The notes beneath the pieces are model-generated. The model searched no databases. It had not been told where the DNA came from and was given only the letters and a program-made list of their open reading frames with translations. The translations under genes and the position numbers were made by a program. 64,000 nt of DNA from contig OZ024740.1 of the NCBI GenBank assembly GCA_964016885.1, positions 415,028,001 to 415,092,000 on the forward strand, in the 5' to 3' direction. The stretch's first letter is position 1. Each line of letters begins with the position of its first letter. Positions 12,683 through 24,785 of the stretch are shown piece after piece. The stretch is from Eledone cirrhosa (lineage: Eukaryota).

Positions 12683-12748
12683 TATTTTGTCTGAAGAAGG
12701 CATAACATATTTTTAATATGATATCCCTGAAATATATATAATGAAATA
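12683..12748 (+). ncRNA. Candidate minimal type I hammerhead ribozyme (Penelope type)
   Basis: Stem I TATTTTGT/ATGAAATA (2 G-U pairs), core CTGAAGA, stem II AGG...CCT with inner CATATT/AATATG, GAAA, palindromic stem III TATATA, then AUA cleavage triplet. Confidence 0.6.
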
Positions 12749-12789
12749 AATATGGTTTTATAAATATAGTTTCCATTTATTTAATATCG

Positions 12790-12833
<44 letters not shown>

Positions 12834-13022
12834 ATAAAAGGACGATTTGTTATGTCTTCATTACGTTTATTGAGTAGTGACACAACAAACAGAGGTACAA
12901 AAAGTTTCACGCTTTATATTGGAAAGAGCAAAGGAAGTTCAACATGTCTGGCTTAAGCCCTTCTTCGGGAGTACAAATAGAGACGGGGTGAGCTTGACTG
13001 GCTAGTATTAATTAGAGATAAG

Positions 13023-13240
13023 GGCGGTGGATTGGCAGTATCGGTAGAGGGTCGGACGCCATGCTTTGCAGCATAGTTACGTCCCTTTACGGACTGAGTT
13101 CAAATCCCGCCGAGGTTAACTTTGCCTTCCATCCTTACGGGGTCGATAAAATAAAGTACCAGTCACGCAGTGGGGTCGATTTAAATCGACTTTCCCCTCC
13201 CCCCAAAATTGCTGGCCTTGTGCCTAAATAAGAAACCATT
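13023..13240 (+). mobile_element. tRNA-derived SINE family A (octopus-type)
   Basis: A-box-like TGGCAGTATCGGTAG, B-box GAGTTCAAATCCC, body GAGGTTAACTTTGCCTT.CATCCTTACGGGGTCGATAAAATAAAGTACCAG; more than 12 copies in the window. Confidence 0.85.
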
Positions 13241-13396
13241 ATTTAGAGATAACACAAAACTTAAAAATAAAGGTGTATGCATACCTATATATACAGTATG
13301 TTTATCTAAACTATAATAAAGGAAGCTCTGCGGGACTGCATGCGGTTTATTTCTTTTAATCCAGTTAGTAAAATAAGTTGAATTACTTTGAATAAA

Positions 13397-13702
13397 TAAT
13401 TGTTTCTACGTTAGGAACAAGGCCAGCAATTACCCAGTGTATTACTGGTACTTTATTTTATCGACCCCGTAAGGATGAAAGGCAAAGTTAACCTCGGCGG
13501 GATTTGAACTCAGAATGGCAAGGGCCGTAACTCTATGCGTCAAAGCATGACGTCCGACCCTCTACCCATACTGCCAATCCACCTTACTTTGAATAAATAA
13601 TTGTTTCTACTTTTGGCACAAGGCCAGCAATTATCCCAGTACATTACTGGTACTTTATTTTATCGACCCCGTAAGGATGAAAGGCAAAGTAAACCTCGGC
13701 GG
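13397..13702 (-). mobile_element. SINE family A, one full copy plus one partial copy in tandem
   Basis: Reverse complement of the 13023 element at 13397-13583 and a 3' half at 13597-13702. Confidence 0.85.
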
Positions 13703-14384
13703 GAATTACTTTGAATAAATAATGAATGAATATTACATAATTTATGTACTCAGTTTCGTAAACATAAATAATTTCGTAAAAATAAATAATTTAAAATTGA
13801 CTTCTTTTCAAAGTTGCACTACCGGTATATCGTCGCCACCACCACCACTTCAACTACCATATATATAGAAAGAGAGAGTGTGCGATGAGAGAGATAGTGA
13901 GATTATGATTTTCTACATGCTGAAGCGTATGAGTGTGCACATACATACATATATATGTATGAGTATATAACTATTATGAGTATATAACTATAATCGCGCA
14001 AACACAAACTTATAAAAATACACCCTCACGGACATAATCCACACAAATACACATACATTCACACATACTTTCACACAAACATACATTTACACAAACACTC
14101 ACATAGTCATGATAGCGGCGTTCGATGAATTGGAGTTGGTAGGGTAAAACAAGTATAACGTTTTATTTATTTATTAACTCTTTTTTTTTAAACTCATTTA
14201 ATGTAATGGTTACAGAAGGAAAACACTAACAAATGTAATATATACAAAGGAATGGGAAAGGAAAAAATACACAAGCAGATAATACACACATCTTAGGCCA
14301 CAGAAGAATATGCAGGCGAAGGAGTGGGAAAGAGCCACTACCAGAGCAAAAGATAGTAATATAGCGAGGAGCACTGGGAAACCT

Positions 14385-14830
14385 CTCTAATAATTTTTGA
14401 GGCAGGCCAACACGCTCGCAGCGTTATCTGAGGTGGTGGCGAGGCTGAAGTGCTGGAACAACCAAGTGCCCTCACGAGCATCACCACTTACCTCTGTTTG
14501 GCAAGCCGCCACTGAAGATAAGAATCTCGTTGTCAGTAGCCCGACTTCCCCAAACGTCTCAAACGCCACAGGCTGGATAATGTAGTTAGCTGACAGAAGA
14601 CGGTATTTTAGGATGTTGTTCCGTTCAGCTGCGGATGCTGTACCTCTCGCCCTTACCGCTGCATCCAGAATGTGGGAAGAAGCAAAAGAGTCACTAACTG
14701 TGACGTCCCAGGTAAGGCACCTGCCTCTTGACCAGGAGCACAGAGTAAGACCGTCAAGTCTTTTCCCATCAATTCAGGACAACCCAGACGGTTCCAAAAT
14801 CGAGGGGATGTTTTCCCAGGCCAAAGCTCT
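14385..14830 (-). mobile_element. CRE-like non-LTR retrotransposon, restriction-like endonuclease fragment
   Basis: Minus-strand translation: DGLTLCSWSRGRCLTWDVTVSDSFA...LKY...PVAFETFGEVG...WLFQHFSLA..DNAASVL. Confidence 0.75.
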
Positions 14831-15044
14831 TGAGTGGTTATAGGACAGTGTGTGTATGTGCGCGCGCGTGAGTTTGTCGGCGTTCTTAAATTAGAGACGT
14901 GCGTGTGTGTATGTTTTTAAGTTAGACATATATATGTGTGTATCCTTTTCCTTCCTTTTACACACACATACATTCACACAAACACACATACACATTGCAT
15001 GATGGACGGTGGACAGAAGTCCCTCAAATTTATATACATATGAA

Positions 15045-15425
15045 TGGAGTTCTCTTGGAACCGTGGTGGAATGCAGGAGGCTGAATTAAGTGCAAGAATT
15101 GCAAAAGCTGATGCAGTAATGCGCCAACCTCAGCATTCAGCAATCAGATGGAGGTGTGTGTGTGTGTGTGGAGGGGGGGGGGGCAAAAGCCAAACTCGCT
15201 GTCTTCCTGGTATTCCTGCCAACTCTTACCGAGGATCATGAATCTTTAGTAATGACTAACAGAATACAATTGCAAATAAGTGTCAGAAATGGGATTCCTC
15301 CGAAGGGTCTTTGGAATAACGTTACTCGATAAAGTGCATAACTCAGAGACCAGAGAGTCACTCCTGGTAGAGCCACTACTTCTCCGAATTGAGAGATCAC
15401 AACTCCGATATTATGAACATGTGGT
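15045..15425 (+). mobile_element. Degenerate RTE C-terminal fragment
   Basis: ELSARIAKADAVM, then out-of-frame pieces resembling EMGFLRR and EPLLLRIERSQLRYY.HV. Confidence 0.55.
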
Positions 15426-15459
15426 TAGAATGTCACAGTAAAGAATCGCTGGACACATA

Positions 15460-16295
15460 AATAATTATTGTGGGTAAAGTAGTGGGTAAAATGATTACTG
15501 TGGGCAAAATGATATTTGTGGGTAAAATTTTGGGTAAAATAATTATTGTGGGTAAAATGATTATTGTGGGTAAAGTTGTGGGTAAAATAATTATTGTGGG
15601 TAAAGTGGTTGGTAAAATAATTTTTGTGGGTAAAATGGTAGGTGAAATAATTATTGTGGGTAAAATGATTATTGTGGGTAAAATGGTTGGTAAAATAATT
15701 TTTGTGGGTAAAATGGTAGGTAAAATGGTAGGTAAAATAATTATTGTGGGTAAAATGATTATTGTGGGTAAAGTGGTTGGTAAAATAATTTTTGTGGGTA
15801 AAATGGTAGGTAAAATAATTATTGTGGGTAAAACGATTATTGTGGGTAAAATTCTGGGTAAAATAATTATTGTGAGTAAAATTTTGGTTAAAATAATTAT
15901 TGTGGGTAAAGTGGTGGGTAAAATAATTATTGTGGGTAAAGTGGTTGGTAAAATAATTTTTGTGGGTAAAATGGTAGGTGAAATAATTATTGTGGGTAAA
16001 ATGATTATTGTGGGTAAAGTGGTTGGTAAAATAATTTTTGTGGGTAAAATGGTAGGTGAAATAATTATTGTGGGTAAAATGATTATTGTGGGTAAAGTGG
16101 TGGGTAAAATAATTTTTGTGAGTAAAATTTTGGGTAAAATAATTATGGTGGGTAAAATGATTATTGTGGGTTAAGTGGTGGGTAATATAATTATTGTGAG
16201 TAAAATGGTAGGTAAAATAATTATGGTGGGTAAAATGATTAATGTGGGTAAAGTTGTGGGTAAAATAATAATGGGTAAACTTGTGGGTAAAATAA
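15460..16295. repeat. Minisatellite of 12-18-bp units (GGTAAAATAATTATTGTG / GGTAAAGTGGTT)
   Basis: Directly visible; it produces the low-complexity ORFs 15425-16318 and 15470-16174. Confidence 0.95.
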
Positions 16296-16443
16296 TTGTT
16301 TCTACTTTTGGCCAGCATTACTGGTACTTTATTTTATCGACCCCGTAAGGATGAAAGGCAAAGTCAACCTCGGTGGGATTTGAACTCAGATCGTAAAGGG
16401 ACGTAACTATGCTGGAAAGCATAGCGTCCGACCCTCTACCGAT
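16294..16443 (-). mobile_element. SINE family A
   Basis: Matches the 13023 consensus in reverse. Confidence 0.8.
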
Positions 16444-16889
16444 TAATGATAGTGGGTAATGGTAGGTAAAATGGTGGGTGAAATCAAGAAAGGGAGAAAG
16501 AGGGTAGGAAGTGGAGTAAAGGCGGGTAGTGAAAGAATGGGTTGGAAGAGGCAGAAGTGGAAGAAGGGAGGAAAAACATCAAGGGAAGGAAGGATTGAAA
16601 AGAGAGGGAAGACAGCAGGTTAAAGAAATAGAGAAAGAGAGGTTAAAAAATGGGGAAAAGTAGGGAATAGGGGTAAAAAGGGATACGAAGTGTGAAATGT
16701 GGGAAAGAGACGGAAAAGGATGTAATGAGGGAGAGTCAACACTACGAGGTCAACCACAAGACAATGAGGTCACGTAAAGTGATATGTGTTTCTTTCACAA
16801 GAAATTTGAAGCAAAAGATATCAAGTAACCATATAACTTCAATAGCTCTTCACCACTCTAGGACCAACCACCAATAAACACCCTGGTGG

Positions 16890-17760
16890 TCAACAAACAT
16901 GATCAACTGTCCTGTATGTCTATGATCAGATCTCCAGTCAGATTCTGAGCCTCTGTGGAGGGAGAGAGTACGGTATCTGTAAGCTTTGATTGTAGAATCA
17001 TTGGCAGCTGCCACTCACTCCCCTCTCTATAACTGAGATCGTTTGCAGATGCCGGGATGAGTCAGTGTCATCCGGGCATCTGCAAACGACCCCAGTTATA
17101 GAGAGGGGGAGTCAGTGGCAGCTGCCAATGATTCTACAATCAAAACTTACAGATAACATACTCTCTCCCGCCACAGAGGCTCACAGTAATATACATGGAC
17201 ATTCACCGTCGCTGATGCCCATCAGTCTATCATTGGAGCAGACTTCCTTCGGGCTCACTCACTGCTGGTCGATAACCGGGGGAGACGACTCGTCAATAGC
17301 AGTAAGTATGCCTCTGTTTCTCTGGCAACATCTGCACATGTGACTTTTCATATATCAAACGTCTCTGAGACCAAGAATGAGTTCTCGGAATTCCTTTTGA
17401 ACTACCTGAAACTCATTATCATGACATCTCCCAATTCACAACTCACCACAAAGTAAAGCACTACATTCCAACAACCAGTTCTCCAGTACACAACCGTGTA
17501 TGTCGCCTACTACCAGACAATATGGAAGCTTTGGGCATCGTTCATCGATCAAACCGTCCCTGGTCTTCACCTCTACACGAAGCGCCAAAACCCAATAGAG
17601 CTTGTCGACCCAGCAGGGATCATCGCCGTCTTAACAAAAGTACTTCACCCTACTGCTACTCCATTCTGCATATTCAAGGCTTCTCGGTTCAGTTAGCAGG
17701 GTGCTCGATTTTCTCAAAAATCTACCTCAACCGAGGTTATCATCAATTACCTGTACTAGA
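16890..17760 (+). mobile_element. Ty3/Gypsy pol remnant (protease flank + RT) with a fold-back inversion
   Basis: AAANDSTIKTY, WTFTVADA..SIIGADFL, GIVHRSNRPWSSPLH, DHRRLNKST, IFSKIYLNRGYHQLPV. No LTRs were recognised. Confidence 0.8.
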
Positions 17761-17963
17761 TAACATGTAAATACAATTTAATACAAAAAGAAAAAAGAAA
17801 ATTTAGATTGAGAAGAATGAATGTAAAATAAGAAAATATAAAAAAAAAACGGAAAAAGAAAGATATAGCAAGGGCTCTAGTGTATATAATAAACATACAT
17901 TTAGTATCACTTTAAGTATTTTAATCTGTTTCGATCTGTGGTCATATCACAGTATCAGTATCG

Positions 17964-18395
17964 GAATTCATATACACATTCAAACTTGCTCCTGATATAT
18001 CTGTCAAAATATATCAGTAGAAACAAGGTCACAGTTTTAAATTAATTAAATTATATAGATTACAGCAGGACCCGGCGTGGCACGGGTAGGAAACGTGAAA
18101 TAGCAACACGCATATGCAAAGATTGAGCAATGTAGCTGTGTACTTTTTGAATTCCCTTATTCTCAGGGAATGATTGTTCATCTACTGGAAACGTAGAACA
18201 CCAGCAGGCCGAATCCAGTAGTAGCAGTGTCAGTGGGCTGATTGCGGAAATCCTGTATGCGAAAGAAGTAAGTGTTGTGGGGTGATGTATGTCGTAGAAT
18301 TCATATACACATTCATACTTGCTCCTAATATATATGTCAAAATATATCGGTAGAAACAAGGTCACAGTTTTAAATCAAGTAAATTATATTGATTA
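17964..18395. repeat. ~95-bp direct repeat pair with a degenerate Helitron-like 3' end between them
   Basis: GAATTCATATACACATTCA.ACTTGCTCCT.ATATAT.TGTCAAAATATATC at about 17964 and 18297. Minus-strand hairpin ACCCGTGCCACGCCGGGT lies at 18070-18087. Confidence 0.55.
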
Positions 18396-18813
18396 TTTAG
18401 AAGCTCCTTTCCAGGGTGGCGAAGTTGATTAACATTTTAGCCTATAAGTTGATATCTATGAGAAAAACGGAAGTCTCAATATTGTTACCCCGCTTGCTAG
18501 AAATAGCCATCAAATTTCTCAAATCACACAGTCATTAAAAAGGGGTGGAGGCATATCGGAGGATACAGTTTGAGGTTGACTATGTTAAAAAATGGAATAC
18601 CTATCGCTAGAATGTTTTTGATCTTAGGTCTGCACGACGAGAGATGATGTGGAGATAAACAACAACCTGGTCGGGCAAATAACTCTATATATGGTTCTGG
18701 GTAAGACGGTTTGCGTCATGAATTGGATGGTGTGGTGCTACATTGAACATTCTAGTAAAGATCACCAATAATTCTGTTATTTCACAAACAATATTTTGTT
18801 TCATTAATGCATT

Positions 18814-18996
18814 GGTGGATTGGTAGTATCGGTAGAGGGTCGGACGCCATGCTTTCTAGCATAGTTACGTCCCTTTACGATCTGAGTTCAAATCCCGCCG
18901 AGGTTGACTTTGCCTTTCATCCTTACGGGGTCGATAAAATAAAGTACCAGTGAGGCACTGGGTAGTTGCTGGCCTTGTGCCTAAAGTAGAAACAAT
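18814..18996 (+). mobile_element. SINE family A
   Basis: Matches the 13023 consensus. Confidence 0.85.
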
Positions 18997-19549
18997 TAAT
19001 GCAAGGGAGATAACTTTAAATTAAACATTATAAAATGGAATTACGTCCCTTATAGGAGAATACGTTTTACTTTTGCGAGGAATTAGACTTTGTCTTTGGC
19101 TTTTAGTAAATCAGGGAGTTAGCATTTAAATTGAACAAAAATTGATTCTCAGCAACAGTTTATGGAAATAACATTTTGTATACGTATTCTGCAAAGCAAA
19201 TATAAAAATATGCATCTTGAAATCCCTCTTACTCCATATCTTACTCAAATTCTATTTTATTTGTTCTGTCAAGTATCTGTTTAACATTTTAGTAGCTTTC
19301 CTTCATTTGTACCATGTCTGCAACAAGTAGTGGATATAGGTTTTATTTGTGTTGTTTAGTTACAAAGATCTTATAGCTTCTTAGTAACTCAAAGAATATG
19401 TTATATAATAATACTTTTACGAGTAATATCAAATTACATTGGTGGTGGTTGTGATTTTGCTATTTTTGCTATGTTATCGCCACGAAGAACGGGTGTTATA
19501 AAATATAGTATGTCTAACTATTGATAGACTTGTCTTCTTTTAACTTTTC

Positions 19550-20110
19550 TGTGCTGTGTAGCATCAAGCATGCAGAAATAGTAGCTGCCATGATGATTCT
19601 TCAGCTCTTTCCATATTTTGGGAAGAGCAAATGACATGGCCATTTTTGCCCCTCTTAACCATTATCCTAATGTAGATCAACAGCTTCCACGTGATACAGG
19701 ATAGGTTCGAGGTTTGTCTTGGTCACCAATAAGAATTTCAATGTTATCCAGAATATGGCACCTTTCACAATTGTATGTGATATCTGCTTGGTTCCAACTA
19801 CAACAAAATCACAGTAAACACGATAGGATGTTCCATTCTTTATTTGTCATATTCTAGACATTATGACCTACAACACTTGAAGAGAATCTGAAGTATAAAA
19901 TATGATTTTAGATATGTAAATGAAAGGGTTATTTACTACAGTGTAACTTTACAAAAATAAAAATCAGAATTATAAATGTAACTCTGTAACAGCTGGCGAT
20001 GGGACAAATTTTATATCATTTTTAGAATCAGTGCCTTCAATTTAGTAATAAACAGTGAAACAATCTTGATAAACATTTCTTTGCAAAATCCCTTATTTAG
20101 TATTGTTCCT
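19550..20110 (-). mobile_element. Very decayed DNA transposon 5' fragment, possibly Chapaev3-like
   Basis: Minus-strand remnants resembling KWP.H and KNHHGSYYFC; subterminal ATCATTTTTAGAATCAGTGCCTTCAATTTAGT resembles Chapaev ends from memory. Confidence 0.35.
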
Positions 20111-21354
20111 GTAAGATATTTTAAGTGTTGGTTTTCTTGAGTTCTTATCTACGCTATTTTTACATATTGAGCGAGATCATCTTTAAAATGATACAATGTT
20201 ATCTCTTCCTAACTACCGGTTTAGACTGTGAAATGTTAACTTCAGAACATTTTTCTGGGGTTGAAACCTTTTTTCCATAACTTTTCAACGAATTTAGCAA
20301 ATCAAACAAGATCTTCTGTATCTAAAGGTTTCAATGTCCTGAACTCTTGGGTTACAGCTACAAAAACTAAAATGAACAAAAGTAAGCCAAAGACATTCCA
20401 CGTGAGAGCCAACTTGTATATCAAAACCCACTATGAACATGCTTTCTAAGACACAATTTTAATATTTAGTTTATATATCTGTAATTTCCATAATTCCCAC
20501 TCCCCATTTCTCGTTTGTAGCATTGCCTGATGATTTCAGTGTTTTAGGTGCTGACCTTAATTGAGCCTGTTTTGTTTTACCTTTTTACTGAAGTAATTTT
20601 ACTGAAGTTATTGTTTAGCTTCAAGTCAACTTTGCTTGAGCAGACCTATTATTAAAAGACATTCCGGTCATGAGCATCCCATCATTTTTTGGAGATTTGT
20701 TTCAACACTGAATATTTAATTCAATGACTATGTGCATCTGGTTCAAACGAATTCGTGTATTTGATTTAGCATAAGTGTATCATATTGCTGTGTATCATAG
20801 GAGGCAACTAACAGAGTTGGTGCTGAGAGAGGCATCCAGCCATAAAAACATTGCCACCAAAAGGACCCCATAATGAATAGGATTATATATAGGCAGGCTA
20901 CAGTCCAAAGATCACTCTCTCTCTAATCAAAGCTCAAAATAGGGAAGCTGGTTGAAGCAAGAGAGGAGTTTTGTCCATTTATGATGACCAAGTTCCTGAT
21001 ATCCCTTGTGGAGACTGGTATATGAAGTTTGAGATATGGGATATCAGGACAATAGCAAGGAGATTATGGAAAGAGTGGGGGGGGGGGGGGGGTACTGATC
21101 TGAAGAAGTGTAGACATACGTAATATGCAAGAGATGGAAAGAAAAGTAGACAGACGCTACAGGTGCGTAGTTTGGTTCCCTCAGGTGTCTCTGTTCACGT
21201 TTTTCATCTCCATGGGTAATTTACCCGAATTATTTGATTATTATATAGTTAATAATTGAATTGTGGCAGCTTTTCACGATAAAAGCAAATAAATTTCAAA
21301 TTTTCAAACTTGTCCAATTTCTCCGAAAATTATCATAAACTTATAAAAATTACC

Positions 21355-21510
21355 CGTCACGCTCTCCGGCAGGTTTGAGGTCGTACCTTTGGCAGTGGAG
21401 ACTTCTGGTGTGAGTCTAGCGAGTTGGAATGGCTTTTCCAGCGCGTCTCCCTTGCCGTCCTCCGGGGAAACGCCTTCTCCATTCTGTCTGACGGGGCTGT
21501 GGGGAGGCCA
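21355..21510 (+). mobile_element. CRE-like RLE 3' fragment
   Basis: GCAGTGGAGACTTCTGGTG...TGGCTTTTCCAGCGCGTCTCCCTTGCCGTCCTCCGGGGAAACGCC, near-identical to 51898-52060. Confidence 0.7.
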
Positions 21511-22259
21511 CCAATATGATTAACTGACTTGTCATTTTATCAGTCAACTGTTGCTGTCGTTAACAACTGTATATCTATCATTAATCCTTCCTTTTCTCTC
21601 TGTACAGCGACCTTTCAACTAGTCTATTGCCTTCTAGCGGCACGCCAACACATTTATATTGCTGTTATAATAACGTTGGTTAGAGAATAGATCACTAAAT
21701 ATCACTATCACAGTCTCTCTTGCTATTTCTACCATGCTGCTGAGGGGGGGGGGGGGGTCGTATGGTGTTATAACATGTAACAGGATTGGACGAAGTGGGA
21801 ACCGTGTAGTAGAAAATGTAGGTTTAATAGTTTCTAGTGTGGTCAAAGGAAGCAGTGTCAAAAACTAGGCTTGTCATTTTTCAAAACTGTAAGTTGAAAT
21901 TATTTTCTTTGGGAGAATGGGACACATAACTGGAAGGGATGCACATTGTAGAGCTAGTCTAATGCGCTTAATATACAGGCGCTGGACCTCTGTGGTGTGT
22001 GGTCTATCACTACCACAATGATATATGCGTGGATAATCTTGGAGAATGCTCTCCGACGTGCAGAAACCCAGGAGCTTGCCACCTTATGGTTCTAGCGGAT
22101 AGAATAGGGAATAGGTTACCCTAGAAGGTAGTGAGAAAGACGCGTTGAAATAGCCATTCCAACTAATGAGGTTCACTCTTGCAGGAGACCAACTCCATCC
22201 TGTCAAATGAGTAAGCAGGTTGTTCAGGGACTCAGAATAGCAGAAATCTCCACCACTAT

Positions 22260-22507
22260 AGTTTCAAAGGTGCATGTATAGTACATAGAATAATGTATAA
22301 ATGTCAGGAAAGCGAACAGTGAATGAGACATGATATACACACGGACACACACACACATGCGTGCGTGTGTATGGAGGGGGAATATCAGGTGTAGTGTTGG
22401 CAAATTTCGGGAAACATGGACATTTTGAAGGTGCAGTGTACGGACAGCTAACGACTGATGCAGCTAGTTTGTTCCTTGCTTCTGCAACTCTGAGCGTGAA
22501 AAAATGA
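22260..22507 (-). mobile_element. 3' end of a CR1-type LINE (same family as 57690-58666)
   Basis: Reverse complement aligns by eye with 58379-58620 (TTTTTCACGCTCAGAGTTGC.GAAGCA.GGAACAAA). Confidence 0.7.
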
Positions 22508-22786
22508 TGAATGAGATGATATATATTTGCACGTGCTAGTAATGGGAATTTTAGTGAAATTATTCTAATGTTAAATCTACTGGTATGAAAATGCAGACTA
22601 AAATAGCTATGATGATATTGGTGAAAATAGCCATGCCAGACTCCGTCAAATTCTCTTTATTCTGCTTAATGCAAATACATGAGTGTCACTGATGGATTGT
22701 TACTTGTGACAGACTATTTTTGGCTAATCAAACACAGCTGTCCAATTTCTTAATATCTCTGCTAAAAAAAGTCAACGAATATTTAA

Positions 22787-22980
22787 CCCTTTTGCATTTA
22801 AACTGACCATATCCGGTTAGAATTCTCTCACCTCTTTCAGTTCAAACAGGCCATAACCGGCCACTCATACTGACATTAACCATTTAAACCGGCCAGAATA
22901 TTCTTACCTTTTTCTGTTCCAACTTTTATCAGTGATGTTTTTAGACGGTTCACTCACTATGCCATGAAAATACTAAAGGG
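22787..22980. mobile_element. piggyBac-type MITE
   Basis: TTAA|CCCTTT...AAAGGG|TTAA; related to 29045-29265. Confidence 0.7.
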
Positions 22981-23046
22981 TTAAAGATATAGTTAAATCA
23001 GAAGTAAACCATAAATAATGATATAAAACACAAGGAGTTGTAGATA

Positions 23047-23052
23047 TTTATT
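23047..23052 (-). terminator. Putative polyadenylation signal of the EF-hand gene
   Basis: AATAAA on the minus strand about 105 nt after the TAA at 23158. Confidence 0.45.
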
Positions 23053-23157
23053 TGTTAAATTAATAGTTAATTCATATTTGAGAAATGTTATAAAATAGTG
23101 ACACCACTTAGAGCCTCGTTGTGGAGCTCAGTTCACGTTTTCTCCATACGACAACTT

Positions 23158-23359
23158 TTACTCATTTACGTAGAGCTCCAGAAACTTCTCATAGTCAATT
23201 TTCTCTGACGTTTGGCACAAATGTATGAGCATGCTACTGACCTTTTCTGTATCAACATCCAATTTAATATCCTGGATAGCTTTGTTTAATTCTTTCATTG
23301 TGAGAAAACCGCTACCATCTTTATCAATAGAATTGAAAACCTTACGCATACCCATTTCT
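23158..23359 (-). CDS. Calmodulin-like EF-hand protein, exon 3 (EF3 and degenerate EF4, stop)
   Basis: Acceptor TTTGTCTTACAG; the first A completes CAA from exon 2. Encodes EMGMRKVFNSIDKDGSGFLTMKELNKAI...KIDYEKFLELYVNE*. Confidence 0.9.
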
Positions 23360-23566
23360 CTGTAAGACAAAGCAGAGAAGAAAATTGTATTATTGCATTG
23401 TTGAGAACAAAAACCAACACACACACACACTCTTTCACACACACACACTGACTCTCTTTCTCCCACTCTGTCTCCCCCCCCCACTCTCTCTCACACACAA
23501 TCTCACACCTCCCCAATTACTCATTTTCCACTCTTGTTTCTCTGCCTAAGAAATCTACAGGTAATT

Positions 23567-24785
23567 ACCAACAATAGCAACAATAGCAACATCAGCAATA
23601 ATAGCAACATCAGCAATAATAGCAACATCAGCAACAATACCAACATCAGCAATAATAGCAACATCAGCAACAATAGCAACATCAGCAACAATAGCAACAA
23701 TAGCAACATCAGCAATAATAGCAACATCAGCAATAATAGCAACATCAGCAACATCAGCAACAATACCAACATCAGCAATAATAGCAACATCAGCAACAAT
23801 AGCAACATCAGCAATAATAGCAACATCAGCAACAATAGCAACATCAGCAACAATAGCAACATCAGCAACAATAGCAACATCAGCAATAATAGCAACATCA
23901 GCAACAATAGCAACATCAGCAACAATAGCAACATCAGCAATAATAGCAACATCAGCAATAATAGCAACATCAGCAACAATACCAACATCAGCAACAATAG
24001 CAACATCAGCAACAATACCAACATCAGCAACAATACCAACATCAGCAACAATAGCAACATCAGCAACAATACCAACATCAGCAACAATACCAACATCAGC
24101 AACAACACCAGCAACAATAGCAACATCAGCAACAATACCAACATCAGCAACAATAGCAACATCAGCAACAACACCAACATCAGCAACAACACCAACATCA
24201 GCAACATCAGCAACAATAGCAACATCAGCAACATCAGCAACATCAGCAACAATAGCAACATCAGCAACATCAGCAACAATACCAACATCAGCAATAATAG
24301 CAACATCAGCAACAATACCAACATCAGCAACAATACCAACATCAGCAACAATACCAACATCAGCAACAATACCAACATCAGCAACAATAGCAACATCAGC
24401 AACAATACCAACATCAGCAACAATAGCAACAATACCAACATCAGCAACAATAGCAACAATACCAACATCAGCAACAATACCAACATCAGCAACAATAGCA
24501 TCATCAGCAACAATAGCAACAATACCAACATCAGCAACAATAATTGCAACAATACCAACATCAGCAACAATAGCAACATCAGCAACAATAGCAACAATAC
24601 CAACATCAGCAACAATAGCAACAATACCAACATCAGCAACAATACCAACATCAGCAACAATAGCATCATCAGCAACAATAGCAACAATACCAACATCAGC
24701 AACAATAATTGCAACAATACCAACATCAGCAACAATAGCAACATCAGCAACAATAGCAACAATACCAACATCAGCAATAATAGCC
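23567..24785. repeat. CAA-rich cryptic microsatellite (AGCAACAAT / AGCAACATC / ACCAACATC units), intronic
   Basis: Directly visible; lies in intron 2 of the EF-hand gene. Confidence 0.95.

Noticed and set aside
15425-16318. His/Asn/Phe-rich and GK-repeat ORFs
   Set aside because: Minisatellite sitting between an RTE fragment and a SINE; no splice or compositional support for a gene.
23360-23484. N-terminal part of ORF 23158-23484 (MGGGDRVGERESVCV...)
   Set aside because: Intronic read-through of simple repeats; the real exon starts at the AG acceptor at 23359.
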